This document shows positions 42,491 to 50,897 of a stretch of 53,900 nucleotides of DNA, one piece after another; positions within the stretch are counted from its first letter, which is position 1; each line of letters opens with the position of its first letter. Source of the DNA: Candidatus Bathyarchaeota archaeon (GTDB lineage: Archaea; Thermoproteota; Bathyarchaeia; Bathyarchaeales; Bathycorpusculaceae); NCBI GenBank assembly GCA_018396615.1, contig JAGTQT010000005.1:1-53900 (forward strand), given 5' to 3'. The notes below the pieces were generated by a model. That model did not search any database and was not told the origin of the DNA. It worked only from the letters and a program-made list of their open reading frames with translations. The translations under genes were made by a program, and so were the position numbers.

Positions 42491-43969
42491 ATGTATAAAC
42501 CTGAGGGAATTTTGCCTGCGCTGGTTACACCTTTTACGGACGACGGTTCAGCAGTAGATGAGGAGAGGCTTCGTATTCTGGTAAATCGATGTATAGAGCT
42601 TGGCGTGCATGGAGTCGTTCCCTGCGGTACGACTGGCGAGTTCTCAAACATGTCAATGGAAGAGAAAAAACGCGTGATCAGCGTTGTAGTTGATGAAGTA
42701 AATGGCAGAGTACCCGTCGTAGCTGGCACAGGCGCCAGTGGAACAAGAGAAGCGTTAGAGATGACGAAATATGCTAAGGATGCTGGCGCAATGGCTGCAT
42801 TGATTGTAACGCCGTTCTATCTGAAGCCGGCTGACCGCGGGATATATGAGCATTACGACACAATCGCAAGCAAGGTTGAGCTGCCTATAATTCTTTACAA
42901 CATTCCCCAGTGCACGGGTCTACCGATGCCGTGGCAGATGGTTGAAGACCTAGCTCAGATCCCCAACGTTGTAGGCGTTAAAGACAGCAGCGGACAGCTA
43001 AGTTTCATACTCGCTGTTTTGGAGAAAGTTAGAGACAAGATCAATGTCATGTGCGGGCATGACGAAATCGTTATCGGCGGACTTGCAGCTGGCTGCTCAG
43101 GCGCAATTCTCGCAAGCGCCAACGTTATCCCAGACATCTGGGTCAAAATGTACAACTGCGTTAAGAATGGCAACCTACAGGAAGCCCGTGAACTCCAATA
43201 CAAGATTCAGAAGATAGCACGGATAATAGCTGGAAGCGGAGCTGTAGGGACTAAGGCGGCGCTGAACATGATGAAGATCAAAGTTGGCCCGGTTAGGATG
43301 CCGCTGAGCGTGGGCGGCGAATTAAGCTACGAGTCTAGAGAGGAACTAAGGTTGGACTTGGAGAAAATAGGCAAAATCGAGCCTAAGCCCGTTACCTTCG
43401 AAGTAGTCGAGCAACCTATAGAGCAAAGGTTTATGACGATAGATGTAACTCCCGAAGTCATAAAAGGGTTTAATCTGAAGGTTGGCGAAGCGCTGGCAGG
43501 CGGAGGCGCCGAAGTCGCCCACATAGACCTCCTGATCGGCAGAAAGGACGGGCCGGTTGGGGAAGCTTTCGTTAAGGCTAAGGCTGTGCCTTCTGCTGGA
43601 CATGAGCCTCTGCTAGCCCTCTTGGAACCTAACCTCAGCGTGAAACCTGAAACCCTCATCATTCCCACGGTCACGGTTACAAGCATGAGACAGGCCAGCA
43701 TGATCTTTGGTCCGGCTCAAACCGCCGTTGCCAAGGCGGTGGTTGACAGCGTTGCTGACGGAACACTGCCATCCCATGCAGTCGAAGACCTAGTGATGAT
43801 CGCTAACGTGTTTGTTCATCCTTCCGCTGTCGACCGTCAGAGAGTTTACATCAACAACTATAAGGCAATGCGGCACGCCATCCGCAAAGCCATCGAGGGA
43901 AGGCCTAGCGTTGACGAGCTGATCGAAAACAAGGAGCGATCTAAGCATCCATTCAAATATACGCCGTAG
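42491..43969 (+). CDS. fusion protein: DapA/NAL-family class I (Schiff-base) aldolase (residues 1 to about 295) plus formaldehyde-activating enzyme Fae domain (residues 328-492, nt 43472-43966)
   Basis: The N-terminal domain has GVVPCGTTGEF, ILYNIPQCTG and VVGVKDSSGQ (Schiff-base Lys context). The C-terminal domain (KVGEALAGGGAEVAHIDLLIGRKDGPVGEAF...LEPNLSVKPETLIIPTVT...MIFGPAQTAVAKAVVDSVADGTLP...NVFVHPSA...NNYKAMRHAIRKAIEG...KHPF) aligns by eye along the whole length of Fae. A TATA-like ggttataaaag lies about 50 nt upstream. Confidence 0.75.
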   Translation: MYKPEGILPALVTPFTDDGSAVDEERLRILVNRCIELGVHGVVPCGTTGEFSNMSMEEKKRVISVVVDEVNGRVPVVAGTGASGTREALEMTKYAKDAGAMAALIVTPFYLKPADRGIYEHYDTIASKVELPIILYNIPQCTGLPMPWQMVEDLAQIPNVVGVKDSSGQLSFILAVLEKVRDKINVMCGHDEIVIGGLAAGCSGAILASANVIPDIWVKMYNCVKNGNLQEARELQYKIQKIARIIAGSGAVGTKAALNMMKIKVGPVRMPLSVGGELSYESREELRLDLEKIGKIEPKPVTFEVVEQPIEQRFMTIDVTPEVIKGFNLKVGEALAGGGAEVAHIDLLIGRKDGPVGEAFVKAKAVPSAGHEPLLALLEPNLSVKPETLIIPTVTVTSMRQASMIFGPAQTAVAKAVVDSVADGTLPSHAVEDLVMIANVFVHPSAVDRQRVYINNYKAMRHAIRKAIEGRPSVDELIENKERSKHPFKYTP

Positions 43970-44760
43970 TGAAACAGACCTTGCCTGAAACAGAGATCCA
44001 TGAAGGGGACTATGTTCTCCTATACATGAGCCCGCGTAAGACTTACCTAGCAAGGGCTGAAAAAGGCAAGAGTTTTCACACACACAAAGGCTACGTTGAA
44101 TTCGACAGCCTGATTGGGAAAGAGTGCGGCTCCGCGGTTAAGAGCAGTTTGGGCTTCGAGTTCATCGCTTTGAAGCCTCAGCTTAGAGATTTCATAATGA
44201 AGTCTGCGCGGCAAACGCAGATTACCTACCCAAAAGACGTGGCGCTCATCGTGATGTTCAGTGGTATAGGTCCAGGCAGCCGCGTGGTTGAGGCTGGAAC
44301 AGGAACGGGCGCGTTAACCGCAGCTTTAGCTTATTACGTGAAGCCCGAAGGCAAGGTCTATAGTTACGAGATAAGAGAGGAGTTCATAGCAACTGCGGAG
44401 AAGAATTTGAAGCGTGCTGGCTTGAAGGATTTTGTGGAACTGAAAAACAAGGACATCGTTGCGGGAATCGACGAAAGAGATGTCGACGCAGTGGTGCTGG
44501 ATCTGGCGCCTCCTTGGCTTGTTGTTCCTCATGCTTATAGTGCTCTGAAGCCTTCAGGCGCCATTGTCTCTTTTAGCCCGACAATAGACCAAGTAGTGAA
44601 GACAGTGGAGGCGCTTAGAGAAAACGGTTTTGTTGACGTGGAAAGCGTAGAGTGCTTGATGCGTGGAATGCAGGTTGAGCGAGGAAAGACTAGACCGCAG
44701 ACCCTTATGACTGCACACACCGGATACATAACATTCGGACGAAAAATAACGAAACTCTGA
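43969..44760 (+). CDS. trmI: tRNA (adenine-N1)-methyltransferase (TrmI / Gcd14 family)
   Basis: An N-terminal beta domain (GDYVLLYMSPRKTYL...) is followed by the SAM motif RVVEAGTGTGALT and DAVVLDLAPPW. The GTG start overlaps the preceding stop by 1 nt. Confidence 0.8.
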   Translation: MKQTLPETEIHEGDYVLLYMSPRKTYLARAEKGKSFHTHKGYVEFDSLIGKECGSAVKSSLGFEFIALKPQLRDFIMKSARQTQITYPKDVALIVMFSGIGPGSRVVEAGTGTGALTAALAYYVKPEGKVYSYEIREEFIATAEKNLKRAGLKDFVELKNKDIVAGIDERDVDAVVLDLAPPWLVVPHAYSALKPSGAIVSFSPTIDQVVKTVEALRENGFVDVESVECLMRGMQVERGKTRPQTLMTAHTGYITFGRKITKL

Positions 44761-44847
44761 GAAGCTTTTTGCTCACTGAGCGACTGAGAAAAAAACGCAT
44801 GCTATTCACTTGGTTGCTGAAAAGCATTTATTTTATCCGCATTTAAA

Positions 44848-46071
44848 ATGTATACCAAATTTGAGGAACCCTTGATGGCTAAGCTTTCAATAAGTGAAAA
44901 AGAGCACAAAAGCCGCATAAAACACGTCAGAAAAGTCTTAGCAAGGCGCAACCTCGATGCCTTGTATTTGACAAGCGGCGTAAGCATGTTCTACTTGACA
45001 GGGTACTCGTTCATCTCCACCGAGCGCCCTGCAGCCTTAATCATACCTTTAGACGGCAAAATAACCTTTCTTGGGCCGCTCCTAGAAAAAGACCATGTGC
45101 CCATCGAGACAAGGCTTATCGAAGACGTCAGAACCTACGTGGACTACCCGGGAGACAAGCATCCTATAGAGCACTTTGCCAGCTTTCTAGCCGACATGGG
45201 CTTGGCAAAAGGACGCATAGGAACCGACAACAAGGCAGGCGCCCTTGGCATGTTCGGCTACAGGGGTTTATCACTCTCTAAGAAATTGGCTGAGGCAAAG
45301 TTCGTCGAAATGTCGGACCTAGTTCCAGCCATGCGCCTCACAAAGTCAGCGGAAGAAATAGAGCTGATGAGGGAAAGCTGCAAGTGGGCAAATTTGGCTA
45401 TGAAACTGCTACAAGAGCACTTAGCTGAAGGCATGTGGGACGTGGAAGTAGAGCTAGCTGCTTCGCTTGAAGCCTCTGCAGCTATGAAGAAGACCTTGGG
45501 AGCCGATTACGTGCCCAAGCGAAGCATTCTTCCCGTAAATCTCTGCATCCGCGGACAAGTAGGCGAAATGAGCGCCATACCGCATGCGATGGCGTCGAAA
45601 CGGATGATCCGAAAAGGCGATGTAGTCATCGGAGAAGTCGGCGTCGACATAGGTGGATACACCTGCGAGCTTGAGCGAACATTTATTGTTGGAAACCCGT
45701 CACCAAAACAGGAACGCTACTTCAACGTCGCGGTTAAAGCGCAGGAAGCTGCCTTCAAAGCGTTCACGCCCGAAGCCAAATGCAGCGACATCGACAAAGC
45801 CACCATAGTCCTTTTCAAAAAAGCAGGACTCAGCCACCTAGTAAAACACCATACAGGACATGGCTTAGGCTTAGAAGGACATGAACCCCCATGGCTTGAC
45901 ATAGGCAACAACCAGCCACTAAAAGAAGGCATGATCGTAAGCTGCGAACCTGGAATCTACGAAACCAGCTTTGCAGGATTCCGCCACTCAGACACCGTGC
46001 TCGTAACTAAGAAAGGAGCAGAAATAATGACCTACTATCCCAGAGCCCTAGAAGACTTGATCGTAAAGTAG
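44848..46071 (+). CDS. M24-family metallopeptidase (Xaa-Pro dipeptidase / creatinase-like)
   Basis: A creatinase-like N-terminal domain plus a pita-bread domain, with the metal-ligand contexts VIGEVGVDIGGY, HHTGHGLGLEGHEPP and VSCEPGIY. Confidence 0.8.
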   Translation: MYTKFEEPLMAKLSISEKEHKSRIKHVRKVLARRNLDALYLTSGVSMFYLTGYSFISTERPAALIIPLDGKITFLGPLLEKDHVPIETRLIEDVRTYVDYPGDKHPIEHFASFLADMGLAKGRIGTDNKAGALGMFGYRGLSLSKKLAEAKFVEMSDLVPAMRLTKSAEEIELMRESCKWANLAMKLLQEHLAEGMWDVEVELAASLEASAAMKKTLGADYVPKRSILPVNLCIRGQVGEMSAIPHAMASKRMIRKGDVVIGEVGVDIGGYTCELERTFIVGNPSPKQERYFNVAVKAQEAAFKAFTPEAKCSDIDKATIVLFKKAGLSHLVKHHTGHGLGLEGHEPPWLDIGNNQPLKEGMIVSCEPGIYETSFAGFRHSDTVLVTKKGAEIMTYYPRALEDLIVK

Positions 46072-46087
46072 AAACGAGAAAGATAAC

Positions 46088-46300
46088 TTAGTGTCTTTGA
46101 AAGACAATTGTCTTGTTTATGAGCAAACCATTGCATTTTGGGCAGTACTTGCGGCCTCGCTCAGGCGCGAACCGGTTCCTGCAGTATATGCAAACCTGAG
46201 CTATCGCGATAAGCTTTCCATCAGGCATGCGGTGGTGAATTTCAAGAAACTCTTTTTCGCCAGTTTTTTTCTGTTCGACACACTGCAGTTTGTTTGCCAA
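46088..46300 (-). CDS. small zinc-ribbon protein (70 aa)
   Basis: Cys pairs are present in ...VCIYCRN... and ...YCPKCNG.... The TTG start lies 9 nt after GGAGG. Confidence 0.45.
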   Translation of the reverse strand: MANKLQCVEQKKTGEKEFLEIHHRMPDGKLIAIAQVCIYCRNRFAPERGRKYCPKCNGLLINKTIVFQRH

Positions 46301-46304
46301 AACC

Positions 46305-46445
46305 TCAGTCCTCCTTCTCGTTTTTGATTCTCTTGCTTAATGCGTCAACGAGCCTGCCCATTTTGAAAGCAACGTACACGAGGACAACCGTGAACGCGAC
46401 TTCTGCAAAACTTGCTAAGAGTCGGACAAGATCGCTTATAGTCAA
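46305..46445 (-). CDS. 46-aa single-TM protein (too short for the ORF track)
   Basis: My translation reads (TTG)TISDLVRLLASFAEVAFTVVLVYVAFKMGRLVDALSKRIKNEKED. The start lies 9 nt after taGGAGGc. The stop region carries the RBS of the next gene. Confidence 0.3.
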   Translation of the reverse strand: MTISDLVRLLASFAEVAFTVVLVYVAFKMGRLVDALSKRIKNEKED

Positions 46446-46521
46446 CTCCGCAGCCTCCTATCTCCACTATAAGCGTGGCCGCTGAGTTAATGCTATGTTT
46501 TAGAACACAAACGTACTAGAT

Positions 46522-46812
46522 TTAGAACGGGTAGGGACCTGTAAACCTGTAGTTTCTTCGAGGTGTCTTACGTTTAAACAGCAGATACACTATGGCTGCA
46601 ACAAAAAAGCTGAAAGACAACGCCTCCACATCGGAGTATCTGCCATCATAGGCTGTAGACCGCGTGCCCTCCAGCAGAGTCATCTGCCTCGGAAGAGACG
46701 CAAAAGACAAAGCCTCATCAGCCCGAAGCTGAGCAAGAGCCACTAAAGGCACAAGAACTATGCTTACCCCTAGAACCATCGCCAGCACAACGTAGCCGAT
46801 CAGACGCCGCAT
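46522..46812 (-). CDS. hypothetical two-TM membrane protein (96 aa)
   Basis: Two hydrophobic helices. The ATG is preceded by taGGAGGct. Confidence 0.4.
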   Translation of the reverse strand: MRRLIGYVVLAMVLGVSIVLVPLVALAQLRADEALSFASLPRQMTLLEGTRSTAYDGRYSDVEALSFSFFVAAIVYLLFKRKTPRRNYRFTGPYPF

Positions 46813-46885
46813 CGACTCAGCCTCCTAGTATGGAAAGTGCATTGAAGGCTTTTATGTCTACGTTTTAGAACAAGCAGCCGACCGG

Positions 46886-47344
46886 TCAAAACGGTTTCGC
46901 CCTCCACAACCTAGCAGTCTCAACCCAAAAAATCACGGACGCAACGACACCAAAAGCCAAAGCATAAAAGTTGGGAATAACCTGTCCAGCTACGCAGAAA
47001 AACACGTAGGAAGCAAGCATCGAAGTAAACAAAACAGAAAAGAAGAGGTAGCGGGGCACTAGAAAACTGCCCATACGAGTGAAAAACTTCAGGATGCCGA
47101 CTTTCACTTCTTCCTCCAAGGTGTATTCGCCGGTGATTTTTTTCTGAACCAGCCCCAGATCCTGCAGCTTCTCGAGATGGTGAACCGCTATGCTTGGGCT
47201 TGAGAACTTGAGGGCGCGTTGAACTTCGCGGATGCCAACCGTGTGGGATGGCTGCTGGAGGAGGTACCAGTACACGATTAGGGTTTTGCCTTTAAGTGAA
47301 GACTCTAAAACTGCGGGATCAAGTTCATGCGTGTCTCGTGACAT
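46886..47344 (-). CDS. membrane-tethered winged-helix (ArsR-like) DNA-binding protein
   Basis: An N-terminal wHTH (IVYWYLLQQPSHTVGIREVQRALKFSSPSIAVHHLEKLQDLGLV) is followed by three predicted TM helices. Confidence 0.6.
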   Translation of the reverse strand: MSRDTHELDPAVLESSLKGKTLIVYWYLLQQPSHTVGIREVQRALKFSSPSIAVHHLEKLQDLGLVQKKITGEYTLEEEVKVGILKFFTRMGSFLVPRYLFFSVLFTSMLASYVFFCVAGQVIPNFYALAFGVVASVIFWVETARLWRAKPF

Positions 47345-47413
47345 GCGACCTACCGATGCTTCATTAACGCATTGAGTGTTTAAAAGTCTACTCGCCGTCG
47401 CCGTTTCTGCAGG

Positions 47414-47698
47414 CTATCTGACCATTCTCTTGTTTTTCTGCGAGCTGGTGCCGCGTTTGAACGCGTTTCTCATCTGAAGCAGTTTATACTCCTGATATGT
47501 TATTTTTGAGTAGGGGTAAAGCTGCTTGAACTTCCTGTAGGTAAGCCTTATGTCATACTGCATCTGCTCGCTGAGCTTGCTGCCGGGCATTCTTGTGGAT
47601 TTTGGTTCGTATTTTCCGCGGGGTACTTGTTTCTTTTTCTGGGTTGCTATGAACCAGACTACTATCAGTATAAGGATCAAGTAAATAAGCCACGGCAC
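47414..47698 (-). CDS. hypothetical basic protein with an N-terminal TM helix (94 aa)
   Basis: The N-terminus MPWLIYLILILIVVWFIA is a TM helix and the tail is Lys/Arg-rich. I recognise no family. Confidence 0.35.
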   Translation of the reverse strand: MPWLIYLILILIVVWFIATQKKKQVPRGKYEPKSTRMPGSKLSEQMQYDIRLTYRKFKQLYPYSKITYQEYKLLQMRNAFKRGTSSQKNKRMVR

Positions 47699-47732
47699 GA
47701 AGAGAACTTCAGAGATGGCTCATCGCCTCTTG

Positions 47733-48662
47733 CTACTTGCTTGCAGATGTCTCGGTTTTGCTGCCTGTCTTTACGGGGAGCACTGATGTTCCTTCCAGAC
47801 CTAGTACGTTGAGGATGTCTGCCGATGAGGGGACAACTATCTTGGTTTGCTGCGAGAATGTTTCTTTGATCACGTCAAGCTTTTTGTTTAGCTGGGCGTT
47901 TTCCTTGAAGTACTGGTTTGCGGCTTCTGAGATCAATCGTACTGCTTCGGCTTGGGCTGCGGACACGAGCTCGATGCTTCTTGCTTCTCCCTCTGCCTTT
48001 AATACGGCTGCTGCTTTCTCTCCTTGGGCTCTAAGGATCATGCCTTCCTTGTCTTGGGCTGCTGCTTCTTTTCTTCCAGTTGCCAGCAATCGAAGCTGTC
48101 TTCTTTCCTGTTCGGCTGCCTTCTGTTTGTGCATTGCTAGCTGGATGTCGCTCGGCGGGTCAATGCGCTGAAGTTCGATGCGGTTAACCTTGGTGCCCCA
48201 CTTATCGGTTGCTTGGTCAAGCGCGCTTCTGAGTTCTACGTTGATTTTTTCCCTTGAGGTAAGGCACACGTCAAGAGACATTTCGCCGACGATGTTTCTA
48301 AGCGTTGTTTGGGCAAGTTTAACTATGGCAAGCTCAAAGTCTTCAACCTCGTATAACGCTCTTTTCGGATCGACAACCTGATAGTAAATGACGGCGTCTA
48401 TGGTTACTACGACGTTGTCTTCGGTGATGATTTCTTGGGGAGGGACGTCTATTACCTGTTCTCGCATGTTTACACGGAAAATTCTCTGGACGACGGGTAT
48501 GATGAATCTGAGTCCGGGTTCAACGGTTTTTTCGTAGGCGTGCCAGCGTTCAACTATGCCTTTCTCGTACTGGTTAACCTTCTTGATTCCGGATGCCAGT
48601 ATCAGCACAACTGCCATAAGAATCAGCGTCACGGTTATTGTTAATATTTCCATTTCCCACAT
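47733..48662 (-). CDS. SPFH / band-7 (stomatin-prohibitin) family membrane protein
   Basis: An N-terminal TM helix, an SPFH core (...VDVPPQEIITEDNVVVTIDAVIYYQV...LRNIVGEMSLD...WGTKVNRIELQRIDPP) and a C-terminal Ala/Glu coiled coil. Confidence 0.85.
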   Translation of the reverse strand: MWEMEILTITVTLILMAVVLILASGIKKVNQYEKGIVERWHAYEKTVEPGLRFIIPVVQRIFRVNMREQVIDVPPQEIITEDNVVVTIDAVIYYQVVDPKRALYEVEDFELAIVKLAQTTLRNIVGEMSLDVCLTSREKINVELRSALDQATDKWGTKVNRIELQRIDPPSDIQLAMHKQKAAEQERRQLRLLATGRKEAAAQDKEGMILRAQGEKAAAVLKAEGEARSIELVSAAQAEAVRLISEAANQYFKENAQLNKKLDVIKETFSQQTKIVVPSSADILNVLGLEGTSVLPVKTGSKTETSASK

Positions 48663-49115
48663 TTATCCTTCTACCTCTTCAACCATTAAGCTAACTCCTT
48701 CTATCCCCACGACTTTTACCTTGGTTCCTTCTTTTATAACTTTCTCAGATGTTGGATGCGCCGACCAGAGTTCTCCCCCTATCTGAATTATTCCGCCGTC
48801 TAGTGGATTTATGTTCGTCTTTGCCACCGTGATTTTGCCTATCAAAGCTTCAACATTAGTTCTTGTCGGCCGCACATTCAGCCTATCCAGCAGCCCGCCT
48901 CCATGGATCTCTTTGATTTGAAATGTGCAGTCTTTGATGTGGTTTAGGCGTCTTACGAGTTCGCCGAAATCGTCTGCGCCGATGTCTAGTTGAGTGTAGA
49001 ATTCTCCATTTTGCCTAGTCAGCGAGTAGGTTATCTTGTAGGTTTCTGAGAATTTGGCAAGTAGCTGCGCTAGTTTAAGCTCATCCGCCTTTATCGTGAG
49101 GGTAACTCTCATCAT
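48663..49115 (-). CDS. NfeD-like protein (C-terminal OB-fold) with an atypical soluble N-terminal domain
   Basis: The C-terminal LIGKITVAKTNINPLDGGIIQIGGELWSAHPTSEKVIKEGTKVKVVGIEGVSLMVEEV matches the NfeD beta-barrel. The gene abuts the SPFH gene with 0 nt between them. The first ~85 residues have no TM helix. Confidence 0.65.
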   Translation of the reverse strand: MMRVTLTIKADELKLAQLLAKFSETYKITYSLTRQNGEFYTQLDIGADDFGELVRRLNHIKDCTFQIKEIHGGGLLDRLNVRPTRTNVEALIGKITVAKTNINPLDGGIIQIGGELWSAHPTSEKVIKEGTKVKVVGIEGVSLMVEEVEG

Positions 49116-49838
49116 TACCGATAATAGGCTAGTAATAACGTGTATTTATGCTTATTGCCACTTATCGAAGCTCATTGATACACGCGCACCATATGCAACC
49201 GATTTTCTTCTCGACATATTACACGCTCGGAACACGCCTTTTTATCTATGCTTCGCAGTGAAACATTAAGCAGGCGCGTACAATGGGCTTGTTCAGAAGG
49301 AGAAGGAACGCAGTAAGCAGGTGGCGCTTAAAAGCAATGCTCATAGATCCCCGCAGAACAAAGGTAACCCTCAACATCTCAAACAAGCCTCGACATGTGC
49401 CGCCATGGGTTTTCAAACAGCTCAGCCACGTCGAGAATTAAAAGCAGTTTATCATCGTTGCCGTCCGAGTAACTCTGAGATTTCATCCGATTTGTCAACC
49501 TAATGCCTTCTCATCATCCGGCAAAAGAAATCTAGCTTCATCGCGCAATAAAAACATTAACAAGCCCTTCAGTATTTTAGGCGTCTCAAAAAAAGAAGCC
49601 GAAGGGGCAAGCCTCATATTGCCTCCGAAGGAGAAGGGAGAACGGGTGAACGAGACTTTATTCGACCTGCCCCAAATTAGTTATTCGAAGATACCGGTAA
49701 AAAAAGGTTATAGAAACATTGTTTCAGTCCAACGATGCCAACCCTTACCGTATTTCAATGCCATTTTCCACTTGCAAAAGCGGCAAAACATATTTACATA
49801 AAACTAATTTACCCAAGCCGCCCAAAACAGCAACAAAA

Positions 49839-49852
49839 CCCTATATATAGGG
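49839..49852. promoter_or_regulatory. perfect 14-bp palindrome CCCTATATATAGGG (TATA-box-like on both strands)
   Basis: Read directly from the sequence. It lies in the gene-poor gap about 120 nt upstream of the small ORF at 49973. Confidence 0.4.
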
Positions 49853-49972
49853 GGGTAATTTTTCCACGAGCTTTAAAGCTTAAAACATGAATCCAGAATC
49901 CACATTTCCAATTCATAAGACAGTTATATACTCTTAACCTATTTCTCCGAACATGAAGCTGGAGGATAACCG

Positions 49973-50155
49973 TTGAAACATAAACTAACAATCAAGGAAA
50001 GAAAAGAGCTGGAAGCCAAAATCGGCAAAGCCCTCAAGCCAAACATCAAGCAGCTCTCAACCGAATTACAAAAAATATTGCTAGACGACCTTGTCACCGC
50101 CTTCCAAAATAGAATAAACGTGTTAACAAGAGCACAGCAAAAAAGAAGCTACTAA
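49973..50155 (+). CDS. small helical hypothetical protein (60 aa)
   Basis: The TTG start lies 7 nt after GGAGG. The composition is helical and Lys/Glu-rich. Confidence 0.3.
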   Translation: MKHKLTIKERKELEAKIGKALKPNIKQLSTELQKILLDDLVTAFQNRINVLTRAQQKRSY

Positions 50156-50239
50156 TGCAGACTATTTAGAAAAAAGCCATAGCTTGAATCCATAAAAGCT
50201 TTATATAAAAAACATGGTATTAACCGCAAAGAGGTTTGG

Positions 50240-50536
50240 ATGATGAGACGTTCCAAACTAGAAATGTATATCGACATACTCAAAGTCCTAGCCCATCGAG
50301 GGCCACTAAAGCTAACTCACATCATGAACAAGGCTAACGTAAACTGCAGCGTGCTAAAGGAGTATCTTGACTTCCTCATCAAGCAGAATCTTGTCGAAGA
50401 ACGCACAGTAGGCAAAACCAGAGTCGTCTACGCCGTCACCCAAAGAGGAATCATGGTGCTCAAGTACTTCAGAGAACTCAAACAGGTCCTTCCAATCGTG
50501 GAGGAACTACGCAACAAAGCCCCTGTCCCATACTAG
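50240..50536 (+). CDS. small winged-helix DNA-binding protein (98 aa)
   Basis: KLEMYIDILKVLAHRGPLKLTHIMNKANVNCSVLKEYLDFLIKQNLVEER...RVVYAVTQRG is the pattern of small archaeal wHTH regulators. Confidence 0.6.
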   Translation: MMRRSKLEMYIDILKVLAHRGPLKLTHIMNKANVNCSVLKEYLDFLIKQNLVEERTVGKTRVVYAVTQRGIMVLKYFRELKQVLPIVEELRNKAPVPY

Positions 50537-50897
50537 ACAAGCCATCTCCCCACATCATTTTGCTTCCTGACTATTCCGCCTTTTGACATATTTACGCCGG
50601 TGAAACACGTCTTTTATTCATAGCCTCCTATCTTTCTATTGATGGCTATGTTTGAGCAAATGGCAGTCATAGCAGCAAACTCAGTTAGCCTAATCTTCAT
50701 GATTGCACTTGTGACCATAGGGCTTGCCGGATTCTACTACGCAAAGCTGTTTCAGCAGCGTCAATAAGCAAGCGTAGTAATTCTCGGTTTGTTTTCACCA
50801 TTTGTTTTATCAATCATTAGAGGAGTTTCGTAAGACTTAATAAACTCGGTTCTCCATACCCTACTGTACAAGCGTAAAACACCAAGGAGACAAACCA

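Noticed and set aside
49116-49972. Replication origin (oriC).
   Set aside because: The window has no orc1/cdc6 gene, no long ORB-type dyad repeats and no obvious extended AT-rich unwinding element. The short TTTCCAC boxes are insufficient evidence.
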